64,000 nucleotides of DNA from the human T2T-CHM13v2.0 reference genome, Homo sapiens (GCF_009914755.1 NC_060928.1), one strand, 5' to 3'; shown: positions 14,730 to 29,454, numbered from the stretch's first letter. The notes: generated by a model from the letters alone, not told the origin. A program made the numbers and translations.

Positions 14730-15048
14730 GATAGCTTGGTGCCATCCTCATGAAAATGAGTGAGTTCTCTCTCTGAGGTCACATAAGATCTGGTGGTTGA
14801 AAAGAGTGTGATGCCTCCTCTCTCTTCTCTCTCTCTCTTTCCACCTTTCTCACCATGTGATATACTGGCTTACCCCTTCACGTTCTGCTATGATTGTAAA
14901 CTTCCTGAGGCTCTCAGAAGAAGCTAATCAGATGTCGGTACCATGCCATGTACACCCTGCAGAACCTTGAGACAATTAAACTTCTTTTCTTTATAAATTA
15001 CCCAACCTCAGGTATTTCATTATAATAATGCAAGAATGGACTAACACA
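14730..15048 (+). mobile_element. MSTB-like LTR, 3' portion only
   Basis: cttttctttataaattacccaacctcaggtattt..gactaacaca terminus. Confidence 0.85.
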
Positions 15049-17026
15049 GTTAGAGAAATTATCCTTTAAATGTGAGGAAGAATTAATTAAGAAGTATTTG
15101 AAGGACAACAAGAAAAATTAATGAAGTCTGCCATAATTTCAGTATCCTAAATGAATATGTCAGGAATAGAGTGGTGCCAACAGATAATATTTTTTTGAAA
15201 AATAAATACAAATAATACTTCTAGACATGATGGACCATATACTTTCGACAGGGTACTCTTTTGAGTCAGTCATTTCTTTCCAGGTTTTCCAATGTCGGAG
15301 ACTTGAAAAAAATGAGGTTATTTTTCATGTGCACTTCATTCTTACTCTACACTTAGAAGTTTCAAGTGCTCTTCTCCAAAAGGAGTTCACAATGTATTGC
15401 TTTTCAGATACTCCCTTTGAAAGATAATTTTTATTTAGGACACCTATTATGGGGGTGGTGTAGATAAAAGGGAAGGCTTGAATTTGATCTATTAATAGAG
15501 TTTAAGCACAAGAGGCTGGTGCAGATAACTGAAAACTCCAGAAGTAGGGAGAGGAGATGGCTGGCAGTAAAGAGAAATTATGGAGGTATAATTTTACATA
15601 ATAACTTGGATTTTACATAATTCTGAGGGACTTTACATAATTCTAGATATTTAGGGCCTGAAGCGTGCAATAGTCATTATGGCTTGGAGGAAGGTGGATG
15701 AATTCCTGCTTACCATATTTAGCATTCCAGTATGCACTCTTACTTTTTTTCCTTTCTTCCTCATTTTTATTAAGTTTTACAATTTAAGTATATGATATGC
15801 ATATTCACATACCCACAGTCCATTGCAGGTGCATGTTTTTAGTTACAATACTAAAACCACCAATCTCTCAACTTAAAAAATGGCTCATTGAAATGGCAAA
15901 TTAAACAAAGAGGTTGGTGGTATTTTAAGAAGTTTAAAATATACATTGAGCATTTGACACCTTTGTGGTCACTCTGAGTTCAAGGCAAATCTTAATTTCA
16001 TGGAAATTCTTGCATTTGAAATATAGGTAAACCACTAAGTCTATGTCTAGTGGAAGCACACATTCAAAACAATAATTTAAAACAAAGTAGGAGAATATTC
16101 CTTGTCCACTCTGTTAAGTGTGGCAGAGTGTGATGGTCAGTATTGGCTATAAGAACCATCACTGGCAAAACCTTTGGTGATTGGAAAACCTTTCAAAATA
16201 GAAGGTGTATTAGAACGAGTTAGGTTTGATAATTGCTAATAGGTCTTTAGCAATGGCTTATTACATCAATATATGCATGCAAAACATGCAGAATTACTTT
16301 TCTTGAATGTATTAATTTCTAAGTAACTTGACCTTATGTTTTCCTTTCATTGATTTGTATTGAAACATGAGATTTTTTTTGGAAAGTGTTTAAAGATATT
16401 CATTCCTTAGTGTCAAGGAATACCCACCCACATCATTTCCATTTTTCAGGGAAATATGTATCGGGTTGCTTACTCAGTGTCAGAAATTTTATAAATAATC
16501 AGAGAGATGGGGAAAAGGAGATCATAAACCAAAAATAGCCACTGCTTCTGTAGAACACTTGAGACCATGTTAATGCCAATATTTTGCTTGTAAAGGTCAT
16601 TTAAGCTACCATTTTTGAAGTATGTTGTAATTTCAGAGGACAAAATACATGTTATCTTCAGTCAATCACATCATCTAGAGATAATTTTCATACTATGCAC
16701 AAGAAGAGTAGGTAATGATGTAGGAAATGTGTATGACTCCACTGACAGACTTTTATTAAGTGACCCAGAGTTTAAATTTATGTATGCTTTTCTGATTTTG
16801 TTTCACTATAGAAGGCTTCAAAATATTTTGTAAAATCTATTCATCAGTAGGCAAGATGTGGTAAAAGAAAAATGAAAGACAAATGCGAAAACCTTTGATT
16901 AAAAAAACTTTAAGTGGTTGTTAATACAGCTATAAACTTGATATATGGATAGGCACTGGATATACACACATATATAAGGGAAATATGCATATATTTCTAA
17001 AACACATATATATGGGAAATTTATTT

Positions 17027-17102
17027 TGATTGATGTGGTGTTTCTTTTCACATCCCACCTTCCTGATTGATGTGGTGTTTCTTTTCACATCCCACCTTCC
17101 TG
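17027..17102. repeat. Perfect tandem duplication, 2 x 37 bp
   Basis: tgattgatgtggtgtttcttttcacatcccaccttcc twice, followed by tg. Confidence 0.97.
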
Positions 17103-18684
17103 CAGTAGGAATTGATGCTACTTCTGAAACAATGGAAGCACACCTCACTAACTCTATAATTTTGGCCTTTGTAATCTTCATCCATTGCACCTGGTTCATT
17201 GTCTGCATTTACTCAACCAATTTCCACAGGCTACAGTTTCAGCCTTAACTGGCTGCTGGCCAAAAACAAACAAAGGAAATATAAGTGTGTTGTTGCATCC
17301 ATGCCTCCCCAACACAACAGATATATGAGATTTTAATCACTGCAGCACTGAAGCAGCTTTTTTTTTTTCAGTAAAAGTGTGCCAATTTTGCTTTCAATGT
17401 ATTATATTTTAAGATTTTAAAAATTTCTATTTCCCAAAAATATTTTTTTCAATGACCTTTTGGATCCTGAGGTGAAGTTTAACTCACAATGCATTTTAGG
17501 TCTTGAGAATAGGTACCCCTGCTTTTGCTGCAGTAAGCATTCTTGCTGAAATGTTTTTGCATACTTGCTAGAAAGTTTTCTACATATTTTAACAAGAGGG
17601 ATGCATCTGTGGAAATTTATGTATGGAGTGTTAGGTATTGTGGTACATATGTAAACTTGTTTATAAAATATGCAAATTTCTTGTCATTATTAATACTAAC
17701 ACCTGTCTAAACCATGTGTTACTCGGAGAAAAAATCGCATGTATTTGTTGTAACAGAGATTTGCTAACTCGAATTTTTTTCAACAATTTTTTTTTATACT
17801 TTCTTGCAAATTTTAGTTTTGGCTCCCAATTTCAGAGAAGAAAAACAAAATGTGCCATGGCATTATGAATATATTCAAAGCAAATGTGGTTTGATAAATG
17901 TAGAGAACTAATGAGGAACAGAACATATTTTTGCCTGTAAAATCCACTTGGGGTTTAATGCTTCTCATTCAACTGTTAGTCTAGTCATTTTGGGTCTCCA
18001 AACTCATTACTGATGTATCATATAAGATACAGTTTCCTGAGAAAAAATGGTAGTTTAGACCATAATAACCCAAACTATATATAAAATGTGAAGAAGTCAA
18101 ACAATAGATATGATTAGAAAGAGTAATAGGCGAAAGTATTTTTACCCAGGGGATCTAGAAAATTCAAATTGCAGAAGACAATGTAGTCAAATCTCAAAAT
18201 ACAGGCAAGTATTAGACATGGGAATGAATGCCTTTCTACCATAGATTTTATGGAACATGTATAAGTGTAGGATATAGTCAGTTTATTAGGCTCCAGTTGT
18301 TTTGTTTTAAGTCATATTAGTAGTAGTCATCAGGGTAAAGATCAATATAAATACAATTTGTTAAGAAAATCTGTAAGAGGAGAATTCTAACAGTGCACAA
18401 TGGGCCTGGTCCAGGGGAATGATTGTGTGCAATTAGCTTATGATCTGCTGGAGACAGGCCATACACTCTGTCCCCACCAAGTGCTCACAAACTCTGCCAT
18501 GTTGTAAGCACCTGCTGGGAACAGCAAATAAGGCCTGGCAGGGGCTTCCTGCTCCTTTGAGTAAGCCACAAAGAGGCCCTGAGACACAATATGACAGCTC
18601 TAAGGTGACTTTTTTTTTTTTCTAGTGCGTGCCCTTATGTCTACCACTAGGTCTTGTTTTTCTTTTTTTTTAATACGTTCTGAG

Positions 18685-18790
18685 GAAAACTCCTTAACAT
18701 ATTTAAACTTCAACTTCCTTATGTTTAAAATAGGGATAATTGAAAAGTCTACCTCATACTGTTGTGAAACTTACATAACAGTATGCATAT
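18685..18790 (+). mobile_element. MIR core fragment
   Basis: cttcaacttccttatgtttaaaatagggataat..tctacctcata. Confidence 0.6.
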
Positions 18791-19479
18791 GCAGTGTTTG
18801 CAAGAGTGTCCCTCCAAGTCAAGGTCAGCTATCTCATTATTCTTGGGGCAGCAGTTTTACTATCATCATTCTCATTGGTAAACGTTGGCTTTGCTGTCAG
18901 CTACTCTGGACTCCAGGACCAGTTCTGTGGCTTTACTATGTACACAGCTACATGGGCTATTGTAAGCATAGCACCAAAACACATCTAGCAGATTGCCTGG
19001 TACAAGTAAGCTTTTAAAAAATGCCAGGGAACAGAGAATCGGAAATCAATATCTCTAGTATTCAATTTCCTTCTTTTTTAAAAAAATATCATAATACTTG
19101 CCTTTCAGGATTCTTGTCAAAATGAAATCAGTTACTTGCCTGAAACATTATAAAGATTGAACAAACACATTATAGTCATTATTATTATTATTGAGAACTA
19201 TTTTAACTACAGAACTTATAGGAGGTGTATTGTTTTTGCCACATTTCAAACTATGCATTTGAGAAAAATGGGATGATACTTTTTTGTTTGTTTTTGTTTA
19301 ATGTACTGATGTTTTTGTTAAATAAAAGCTAGCTTAGAAGTACAATATAATAATTTTTTTAAAAAAAAACAAGAAATATCAGAACTTCTCTATTTGAGGC
19401 AGTGGGTAGTAAAAGTTTCCTCTTAATAGACACATTCCTGCTCATATCAAAGTACCCTTGAAATGTCTGTAGAAAACAA

Positions 19480-19605
19480 CTGGAAAATCAACTATCTAAT
19501 CCAACCTTTTCATTTCACACACGGAGGCTGAACAGTGAATTTACTTTTTCAAATTTGGGGGGAAAGTTAAAGACAGAATAGGAATAAAATCCAAGGTCTT
19601 AGACC
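19480..19605 (-). mobile_element. MIR fragment
   Basis: atctaatccaaccttttcatttcaca..aaatccaaggtctt. Confidence 0.5.
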
Positions 19606-21079
19606 TCTTGTTTATGTTTATATACCTTGTATATAAGGTAAGAAAATGATGATGGGCTTGAGAGGGGAATCATGATGCATTATTTATACCACACATTTTT
19701 CTGAAAGCAGGGACAGTGGCATTTACTTTGTTGTTGCAATGCATTAGGCAGTTAATATGTAGTTTGCTGCTCCATTCATTTATTTCACAGTTAACATTTA
19801 TTAACTGACAGTCATTTAATTTTGTGCAATAAAAATTTAATTTGTCTCTTGCCTAATTACTAGAATACTACACAAAGGGAAGTGAAAATTATGTTTCAAT
19901 AATCAGCATTATGAATGGCCACATAGCCACAATTAGGAAGTATACTTTCCTCTCTTATTCCACTTGAATATGATTTAAAATACATTAACTTTTAATAATT
20001 TAAAATATTAACTTTTTAAAAGTACAGTAAAACAATGTTTTCAAAGGCTTTCAGTAATAATATGTTGACACTGAAAATATTTTTTGACATCATAATCAAA
20101 TGAAAACCCATTTTACACTGGTTAAGGGCAAATGGCCATGACATTCTGATTAGCATGATTTGATATTTACTATTACATTATGCTTTTCTCAAAAAAATTT
20201 AATAAGTGAATGACTTTATAATCGTCAAGTTGTTAGCTGAAGGGTACTAAAAATAGTCTTGGTTATTTACATGCATTTTTATTTTCACCTATAAAACCAA
20301 AATGTAATTATGTATCTTCAATGTTTTGGTTAATACAAATTGGAAGTAACTGGGTCAATGGGAGAAGTTGTTTTTGTGTGTGAGTTTCCTGAGGGATCAT
20401 GATGTGATTGTTTAGGATTGGTGGTTTATAGTAAGGTGAGAAATTTGAGACAAGGAGTTCATAGTTTTGAGATGTAACCCCTTGATATTTTTAATTGAAG
20501 AGTTGATAGGCCTTTCATGCAGTTCCTAAAATGAATAATAAAGTTGTCTAGGACTTTTGTTTTCCTGGACAAGAGTCTTTCAGAGCAATAAGGTCATGAT
20601 AATGAAGAGCACAGAATAGTAACATCACATTAACAAAGACAGCATCTCCTGTAGAATTAGATGTCAAAATTTTCAGAGGATTAACATTTGAGAGAAATAA
20701 GTGAAAAAATTAAAATAAAAAAGCACACACTCTTACAAACTTAAAACAGGTAAGGGTTATTATTTTCCACCACAGAATCAGCTCATGTCTATGTTTTCAA
20801 AAGTTTTCCCAGGTCTGTTCCAATCTTCTACTGAAAATTTTTTTAAAAATCTGAGCTCTAAAACCTCAAGATTACGTCTTCAAATGGCATTCTCACTGCC
20901 TCAAAGAGTTTATGACACTTTCACAGACAATTTACATCCTGTTTCTTGAAGTACCCCAGGGTGCCTTTGCCTGCAGCTGAAGGTACCAGATAAGGAGTCC
21001 ATGGAGAAATTACCCTTAATCTCAGGAGCTGCTCCATTGCCTACACACGTCCCATATCTAATCTTTTCTGTCTTCAATT

Positions 21080-21860
21080 CATTCTTTCCTTCATTCAACA
21101 AATAACTTCTGGGATCCTAGAGTGGACAAACTGTACAGCAGGCACTGGGGACCAAGACAGCAAAGAAGCAAAGAGGGAAACAGAATTCTGAAGCTACATG
21201 TCCATCTGATGTGAAAAGAGAGACAAGAAACTGTTAACATTGTAATCACAATGAGTGATCCGAAGGAAAACACAGGCTGTGATTCCAAAGAGTCTGTGTT
21301 TTCCTTAAATAATTGCAAAAACTGCAATTACTTTTGCACCAACCTAGTAATAAGAAAAACTAACCTAATGTCTTTAGGCATGGTTTGGGAAAGATTTTCT
21401 GAAGAAGAGAAAGTATAGAATTGCATGATGAGTGGGATTTAGCAAGTTAACATTGAAGTGAAAGGGAGAAAATAGAGAAATATCAGAAACAGAAAAAACA
21501 TTTATTTAACCATTAATTTGACGTATTTATTTCTACCATGTTTTGGGTCAGGAAGCTTTTTTGGCATTGTGAATACAGCAGTAAAAAAAGAAAAAAAAAC
21601 ATAAAAGCATGCCTAGTCACACACTCTGGAAGAGATTTAAAACACGTGTGAAGTTTCAATACAGGAAATAATAGTGTAGTCAAGGAGTTTGAAAACACAA
21701 GGGTGGCTTGAATTAAGAGGCAAAATATGAGAAAAAATTGCCAATGAGGCTTCAGAGACAAGCAAGTTTAGATTAGCCAGGGTTCTTTTCCAAGCCATAG
21801 TAAGGAATTCAGTCTTTTCTTCAAGATAATGGAAAGCCACAGAATTGTGAGAATTTTAAG
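21080..21860 (-). mobile_element. L2 fragments
   Basis: ttcattcaacaaata terminus; gccatagtaaggaattcagtcttttcttcaagataatggaaagcca. Confidence 0.7.
21310..21349. mobile_element. MADE1 (mariner MITE), one arm only
   Basis: gcaaaaactgcaattacttttgcaccaaccta matches the Hsmar1/MADE1 terminal inverted repeat. Confidence 0.85.
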
Positions 21861-21914
21861 TAAACATAGAGTCGCGTGACGTGCCTAATTACATTTCCAA
21901 CAACATTATACATT

Positions 21915-22390
21915 AAGGTAAAGCTCCATGACATTGAGCTGGGGAATGATTTTTTGGATGTGAACCCTAAAGCACAGGCAACAAAAGCAAAAATAGACAA
22001 TGGGATTACATCAAACTAAAAAGCCTCTACACAATCAAAGGAACACTCAATAGAGTGAAGAGACAACCTAGGAATGGACGAATATATCTGCAAACCATAC
22101 ATATGATAAGAGGTTAGTATCCAAAATATATAGAGAACTCAGATCATCATAAATACACCACTAAGGAAGCAAATAGTCTGATTAAAACATGGACAGAGAA
22201 TGTCAATAGACATTTTTCAAAAGAAGACATACTAATGGACAAGAATATTTTAAAAGTTCAACATCACTAATCATCAAGGAAATACAAATTGAAATCACAA
22301 CAATATATCATCTCACACTTGTTAGAATGACTATTATCAAAAACATGAAAGATAGTAAGTGTTGGAAAGGATGCAGAGGAAAGAGAACAT
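21915..22390 (+). mobile_element. L1MA ORF2 3' region, left part (split by provirus)
   Basis: aaagcacaggcaacaaaagcaaaaatagaca..; resumes collinearly at 29901. Confidence 0.9.
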
Positions 22391-22872
22391 TGTGAAAGGA
22401 AAATAAATCTTGGGCCCCTATATCACTAAGGTAAAGAAAAAAAGTCAAGCTGGAAATTGTTTAGAGCAAGCCTGCCTCCCATTCTATTCAAAGTCATCCC
22501 TCTGCTCACTGAGATAAATGCGTATCTGATTACCTCCTTTGGAAAGGCTAATCAGAAACTCAAAAGAATGAAACCATTTGGCTCTCACCTATCCGTGACC
22601 TGAAAGTGCTTCCAGTTGCTTCCATTGACCTGAAAGTGCTTCCATTCCTGCTTCCAGTTGTCCTGCCTTCTGGATGTAACCAATGCACATCTTACATATA
22701 TTGATTGATGCCTCACATTTCCCTAAAACATATAAAACCAAGCTGTGCCCGACCACCTTGGGTGCATGCTGTGAGGCCCTCCTGAGGCTGTGTCACCGGC
22801 ATGCATCATCAGCCTTGGCTAAACAACCTTTCTAAATTAACTGAGACCTGCCTCAGATATTCGGGTTTCACA
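22391..22872 (+). mobile_element. MER4A1-type 5' LTR
   Basis: tgtgaaaggaaaataaatcttggg...cagatattcgggtttcaca; homologous to 29455-29900. Confidence 0.93.
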
Positions 22873-22875
22873 TTT

Positions 22876-22893
22876 TGGTAACCATAAAGGGAT
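22876..22893 (+). promoter_or_regulatory. Retroviral primer-binding site, tRNA-Arg-like
   Basis: tggtaaccataaagggat, 3 nt after the LTR; differs from TGGCGACCACGAAGGGAC mostly by CpG-type transitions. Confidence 0.7.
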
Positions 22894-23926
22894 TCTGAGA
22901 GGAGGTGCCCCTGACCTTGAACAAATCGCCTATCTGTGCTTGCTATCAACTTGAGCTATCTTTATGGCTCAAATCAATAGGAAAATTTGCTGAGGCCTGG
23001 AAGCACCCCCTTGAGAGAATCCCTAATCTCCCAAAATGTGGTCATGATTTAAAAAGTTTATTACAGTACAACTCCTTTTTCTGGAGTTTTACTTGCTGCC
23101 AACACAAGGAAGGCAAGTTTTCCTGCTTCCATGATGATGGAAGGCAGGTAATTTCTCTATGGTGTTTGAGCTCACTTCCAACAGGGAACATGAGTTTGAG
23201 TTTTTTTCTGCTTCTAGGATGATAGAGAGCAGTCTTCAGTCTGAGACCCATCCCTAGGTAAGTAACTGAATTGGGGTTTGTCTTGCCTGAAGTTAAGATT
23301 AACAACCAGCTGGTCTTAATTTCTCCTTAGCATTAGAGCACTCAGTAATCACATAAGTTGTACGATCATGTGTTTGATTTGCTTAATTGTTTTTGTTGTT
23401 GTGATTGTCTGTTTCTGTTTTTGTTGTTATTTCAGTCTTTTCCCATTGGGTTTGACCAACGCTATCAGACTATCAAATCTGAAAGAAAGTTCCAAATTAT
23501 GGGGAACAAGGCCTCTGAAGTGGCTAAATTCTGTCCCCCTTACCTCCCAACCCCTTGCACCACACACAGGAAAGGTGGTATGGTCTGGGGAGAAAAATGA
23601 CCAGCAAAAGGAAAAAAAAAAAAAAAAGATTTTGACTATGTACGGGGCTTTATTTACATAACAAGGTCACCTTTTTTCTAGCCAGGCCAAATTGAAAGAG
23701 CAATGGTTGTCACCCCATGCTGCAGTTCCATAGTTAAGGTTCTGTCTTCTTTTTTTCACCACAACAGCCTGAGTTTGTTTCCTAAATCAAGCCCTTTCTG
23801 GTTTGATACTTGGTACTTCTGAAAGAGTAGCAATTTGTCCTAGCTGAAATATGGTAATGAGATTAAAAAAAATTAAAGGAGCTCAATGGTTAAAACTCAG
23901 CTTAATTAGAAGCTGACATCCAAGAT

Positions 23927-23965
23927 ATGTGTGTGTGTGTGTGTCTGTTTATGTGTATGTGTGTT
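23927..23965. repeat. (TG)n microsatellite
   Basis: Direct observation. Confidence 0.85.
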
Positions 23966-26900
23966 TATATTTAAAAGGATTTCATGGTGGTTTTTTTTCT
24001 CCCTCTCCAAGGATTTTTGTCTTTTTTGAGCAAATTTTTTTTTCTTCCCAGTTGACTGAAATCTGTTTTCTTCATTTAATTCTGATGTCTCTCCTTTCGC
24101 TTGCATCTTCTGCTGCATGGGGGGTCTATAATAGTTTGTAATAGCCTAAGGTTTCTTAAAGAAAATGAAGAAGTTTTCAGACTCTCTTTTGGGGAGAAAC
24201 CTCTGTTTTTCCTTTTGGAACCCCAAGAGTGTAATTAGACAAGTTTGTCTCAGCTCTTAAACTACGTGCTTTTGTATTGTGTTACCTGATTTTTTGACTA
24301 AAATAGTTATTGCAACAGAGGCTACTCTTGGGTTTTTAAGAAGGAGTATAGTTTAGACACTTAGAAATGTCTTTGTTTAAAAAAATTTTTTTTTAAGTAC
24401 ATGGTAAAAGCATCACATGGTGTAGCTTCATAATAATTCTCCCTTTTTGAAGACCTAGGAGTTAGTGTGGGCTCTCCCCAGAACTCAGAAAATAGGTAGT
24501 CCCCATCTAAATGAAATTGGTCTCCTTATAAAATCCTATGATAGATTTCTATAATTTTATGCTTCATTTGGCATCCATCTTTAATCCCTCTCTAGCACCA
24601 CCAGATATTTTCTCTCTGTACCTTGAGATGTGAATTTTGCTATCTGATTTTTCTCCTAAGAGTTGTTTCCTTCAATATGCAGATTTAGGGCTACTTAGCT
24701 GATAGCTGCCTGGGTAATGAAAAAGGCTATCAAACATTTTCAAGTTTAAGATAGGGAAAAAAGGAGGTCTTATAAATCTATAAGATGTATTTCTATAGGT
24801 ATGCTTAATATGTCTATGTATTCATATAATGTGTACACAATGTTTCACTACTGAAGATGTAGAAAAGAAATCTAATTAATTGGCTTAAGGAAAAATAAAA
24901 TCCCTCAAATGAAATACTTTACCAGAAAAAAAGACTAGTCAAATGTTTTTTCAAGTTTACATGATTAAGCAGAATCTTTAATAAAAGAGCTAGCCTTGAA
25001 ATTATTGGTAAAGTAATATTAGAAATGTCTTAAGAATTGCCAACATACGTATTTGTTTGCATTTATTGATCAAGCAATTTCATACTTATCCCTGCCAAAT
25101 AATATAAGGTGTCAAAATTTGGCATGGGATCACAAAACCATAAACCCAGCCCAAAACAAAATGATCTTTGCTTGTATAATTGTTAACAAATAAGACATTG
25201 GTATTGGTTTAATGAAAATAGGTACATCTTAAGTTATTTAGTAAAATTTCCATAACTTCTAATCTTGTGGCTTTTGTCAGTCAAGTCTACAGGCAGGAAG
25301 GAGGTTTGTTTTGCAAAAGAACTGTTATCATCTTTGTTTCAAAGCTGACCTATAAACTAAGTTTCTCCAAAGGTTAGTTCAACTTATGCCCAGGAATCAA
25401 CAATGATAGTTTGGAAGTTAGAAGCAATATGAAGTCAGTTAGGACAGATCATTTTTGTTGTCTCAGTTATAATTTTGCAATGATGGTTTCATGACTTTAA
25501 ATAAGGACTACTGCAGTTTTCATAAATAATCTTAGACTAAAATAAAATAATTAGGTAAATGTAATGGGATAAATATTTGTAGAAAAATGTATCATAATTT
25601 AGAATTTAAAGTTATATTAAATTAAATAATAGATATTTCATTATTTGGGGATTTTCCAATAAAAATATATTGTAGGAAAACATTCTTTCTAAATGAAGTA
25701 TCTTTTCAAAAAGGTAAATAATTTTGTCTAATTCAAAGCTTATTTAAAGCTTATGTATAAAACAAGGTAAAGGGAACCAGGAAATAAGAGAGATGTAAAG
25801 AAAGTTATAGGAATGAACAGTTTTTTTTTTTTGTAAGAAAGCTTAAAAAGAAATAATTTTATAAAAGAAACACTTTTATACGAGAAAGAATGTTGTATGG
25901 TAAATTTAGTCCTAGAATAAAATGACTACTTGTTTAAGGAAGAGAAATGTTCAGGACAAACCAGAAAGTCCAAGCATGTCATGAATGGTCTGTGTAAGTC
26001 ACAATAAGGAATTCATTTAAAAAAATTTTAAAACCAAAAACTTTTATATGATCAAGCTGCCTGTGAGTAAAGGGAAATTATAATGGTCTTTCTAGAGATT
26101 GGGTTTGATGTTAAAACAAACAAACAACACTTATACACTAAAGAATTTATAACAACAATGAAATTTTCTTAAGGGATTGATTTACTCTTAATAAATTATA
26201 AAATATTTTAATTTTTTTAACCCAAATTTCAACTTTTATTACATCTTACAGTTCTCAGTTTTATCTCCCCTTTTAAAAGAAGCAAAATAGTAATGCTCTC
26301 CTTTAACTCATTTTCAGCTCATATTAGGGTTTTTTTGTTTTTGTTTTTGTTTTTTCTCTTGGGTTCTGTTTGCTGTGGCCTGATACTAACAATGCTTCCT
26401 TAAAGTTCTAAAGGAAATGTTTTCTTCTAACAATACTCTGTGCACTGCAGAAAGTCTTTTCTTTGGCCTTTTGGTACCTGGCCTAACAGATTTTATGTTT
26501 ATTGAAATAATTTCTATGCCTTTATTATTAAACATTGGTTTGCTTAGAAAAAATGAGGGTAATTTTTTAATTAAGATTATTCCATCTGTGTATTTTTCTG
26601 TATGTGCTTTTAAAGTCTTTGTGACATTGAGTTACAGGGCTTTGACTCCTGGATCTAAAAAGGGACACCAAGTTCTGTTAAGTCCTAAACTCTGACAACA
26701 ATTAAAGCCTCATCCTCAGGCCTGGTAGAAGATGCCAATCAAAATAAACTGTGTTCATGAGAAACAGGGCCAGAAATTAAAGCTATTCAACTCCTCAAGG
26801 CCAATGGACTACTGCAGAAGAGGTGGGTATATTAGAGTGTAAGGACTAATTTTGAGAGATAAAATAAGTTCAGTTTCTCTATAAATTAACCATGAATATC

Positions 26901-28280
26901 AAAGGCACACTGATGCAAAATCAACATATGGCCCTTTTGTCAGATTAACAAGGTTTTCTTGAAGCATTAACTGACTCCTTCTTAAAGGTTATAAAGATTA
27001 TAGAAGGCTTATGGGAATTATATCTTATGGTCAAGACTAAATTTGTACATATTCTTTATAAAATTTTCAAAAACAAATGTAATTGGCTTCATGCTGTTTT
27101 TATTAGAATGTATTGCTTGGAAAATTAAGTCTCACCTCTCAAAGAATGAAGGTTTTTGCCTTTTTTGAAATCCTTGAGTTCTCACTTTGGTTAAATTAAT
27201 GAATTATTTGACAATAACCTGTGGTCCTATTTTGTGATATCAAGTGTTTTGAACATTTGATATTGGAAACTGTCCCAAATCAAATTATAAATTATGTCTT
27301 CTTCTGACCTAATTAATCCTTTAAGCTATTAGATTCCCTAAAGTCCAAAAATGACATATTTGGCTTATTTGGTATAAAAACTATACAGGAAGCATTGTCA
27401 AATATGAAATGGTATTTGGCTTTCTTTGGGCTATATTTGTATAAATTAGCTATTAACATGTGTTCCAAAATTATGGAAAACATATAATTCTGATATGACT
27501 TAGTGTACATTATCAGTAATAATTATAATTGTTATGTTAAATTGTCATGTGCCACAGAAGTAACAAAGTTCCTTGCCAACTATGTCTTTGACTATGGCTT
27601 CCCTAAAACTTTTTGTCATCGATGGATAATTGTTGTCTTGTTTTGGTCGTCTTTAAAAGGTAGTTTTATAATCAGCTATAAAACTTTAACAGGTGCTCTT
27701 GAATGCAGGTTTCTGAAAACTTTGGAGATTGTGACATCAAAATATAGGAAAAATTTTCAGCACTCACGGAAAGCCAAAATGTTCATGAATATCAAACAGA
27801 ATAGGAGTTAACTGTATGGACTTAACTAATAATATAAGACTGAAGTAATCTTTTTGTCTTTTTGCATAAAATGTTGCTGATCCTTTGTTTTATTTTCCAG
27901 AGTCAAGGAAACTTTTCTTTTGAGGCACTGACAGCTTTTAACAATTAAGTAACTCCTATGAACAAACTTTGGGGCATATTTGTTTCTCTCTACCTGATTT
28001 CTACAAAATTTGGGAACTTTTGAGTATTATTAACTTATGGCAATATATTTATTTGCATAAGTGTAATAAAAACCTGTTTTCACATGTAACAGGACACAAT
28101 TGGATAAGCTGGTTATTCTACTAAGGCTTTGACTAGAATGGTGTGCTTTCCTTTAAGGAATCAAACTTGACTTATAGAGCCAATAAAAGCCCCTTGGGAA
28201 AACTGGCTTCCTACCTTGTCCACACAGTTTTTGTACAAGGTTTCTGACCTGTGGCAAGTAAAGAATGTCTCACTTTCTGA

Positions 28281-28712
<432 letters not shown>

Positions 28713-29454
28713 TGAGATTCTTTCTATGGAACAAAGTACCATCAAAGCCAATTTTAAAAGCCTATGTGAAAAAATAATTATTCTTTCTTCACTTTATACA
28801 AATAATCTGGCCAAGTATAATAAAGCAAATCTCTTCTACCATGATTTGTCTTTAGTAAAAATGGGAAACTGAAGAGAGAATTGTTTCAAAAACTATAGTA
28901 CTCCTAATGTTAGATACTAGTCTTGGCTGATGTTTTTCAATTTTTATTATTTTCTACAGTTTGGTGTGAATTCTAATATTTCCTGGCTACAAGTCTCCAA
29001 AATAGTATTTTCAATTTTTTCTTCTTTCTTTTCCTTTTTGCCCATTTTTTTCTAATTTGAAATTACTGAAAACTAAGCTGGGCTTTCTTAAAGCCCTGCA
29101 AACTGAAGCTAAACAACTTAAACTTCAGAAGAAAATAACAGCAACCTATTTACGTACATAAGCCACTTTCATACCTGCCTACTGATGTATGGACTTCAGA
29201 GTAATGTGGCCTACATACATTTTCCAGGATTGTTCTTCTGTTTGTTGTTGTATTTCTCACTTCCTCTCCTTATTTTACCTTCATAGGACATGAGACTTCA
29301 CAACCTGCTAAAAATGAGCTTTCCTAATAACTTGGGACCTACCCATCTAAGAATAAACCATCCTAGCCAGGAAAGATCAGATGAAACCTGAACCAAAGAA
29401 TCATTTTCTTCTAAAATGCTTTCTCCAAAATATTTTAAAAAGAAAAGTGGGAAA

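Noticed and set aside
20340-20660. Possible old ERV1 LTR (MER89/MER90-like)
   Set aside because: Resemblance too weak to call without a profile search.
21310-21349. miR-548-type hairpin from MADE1
   Set aside because: Only one arm is present, so no hairpin can form.
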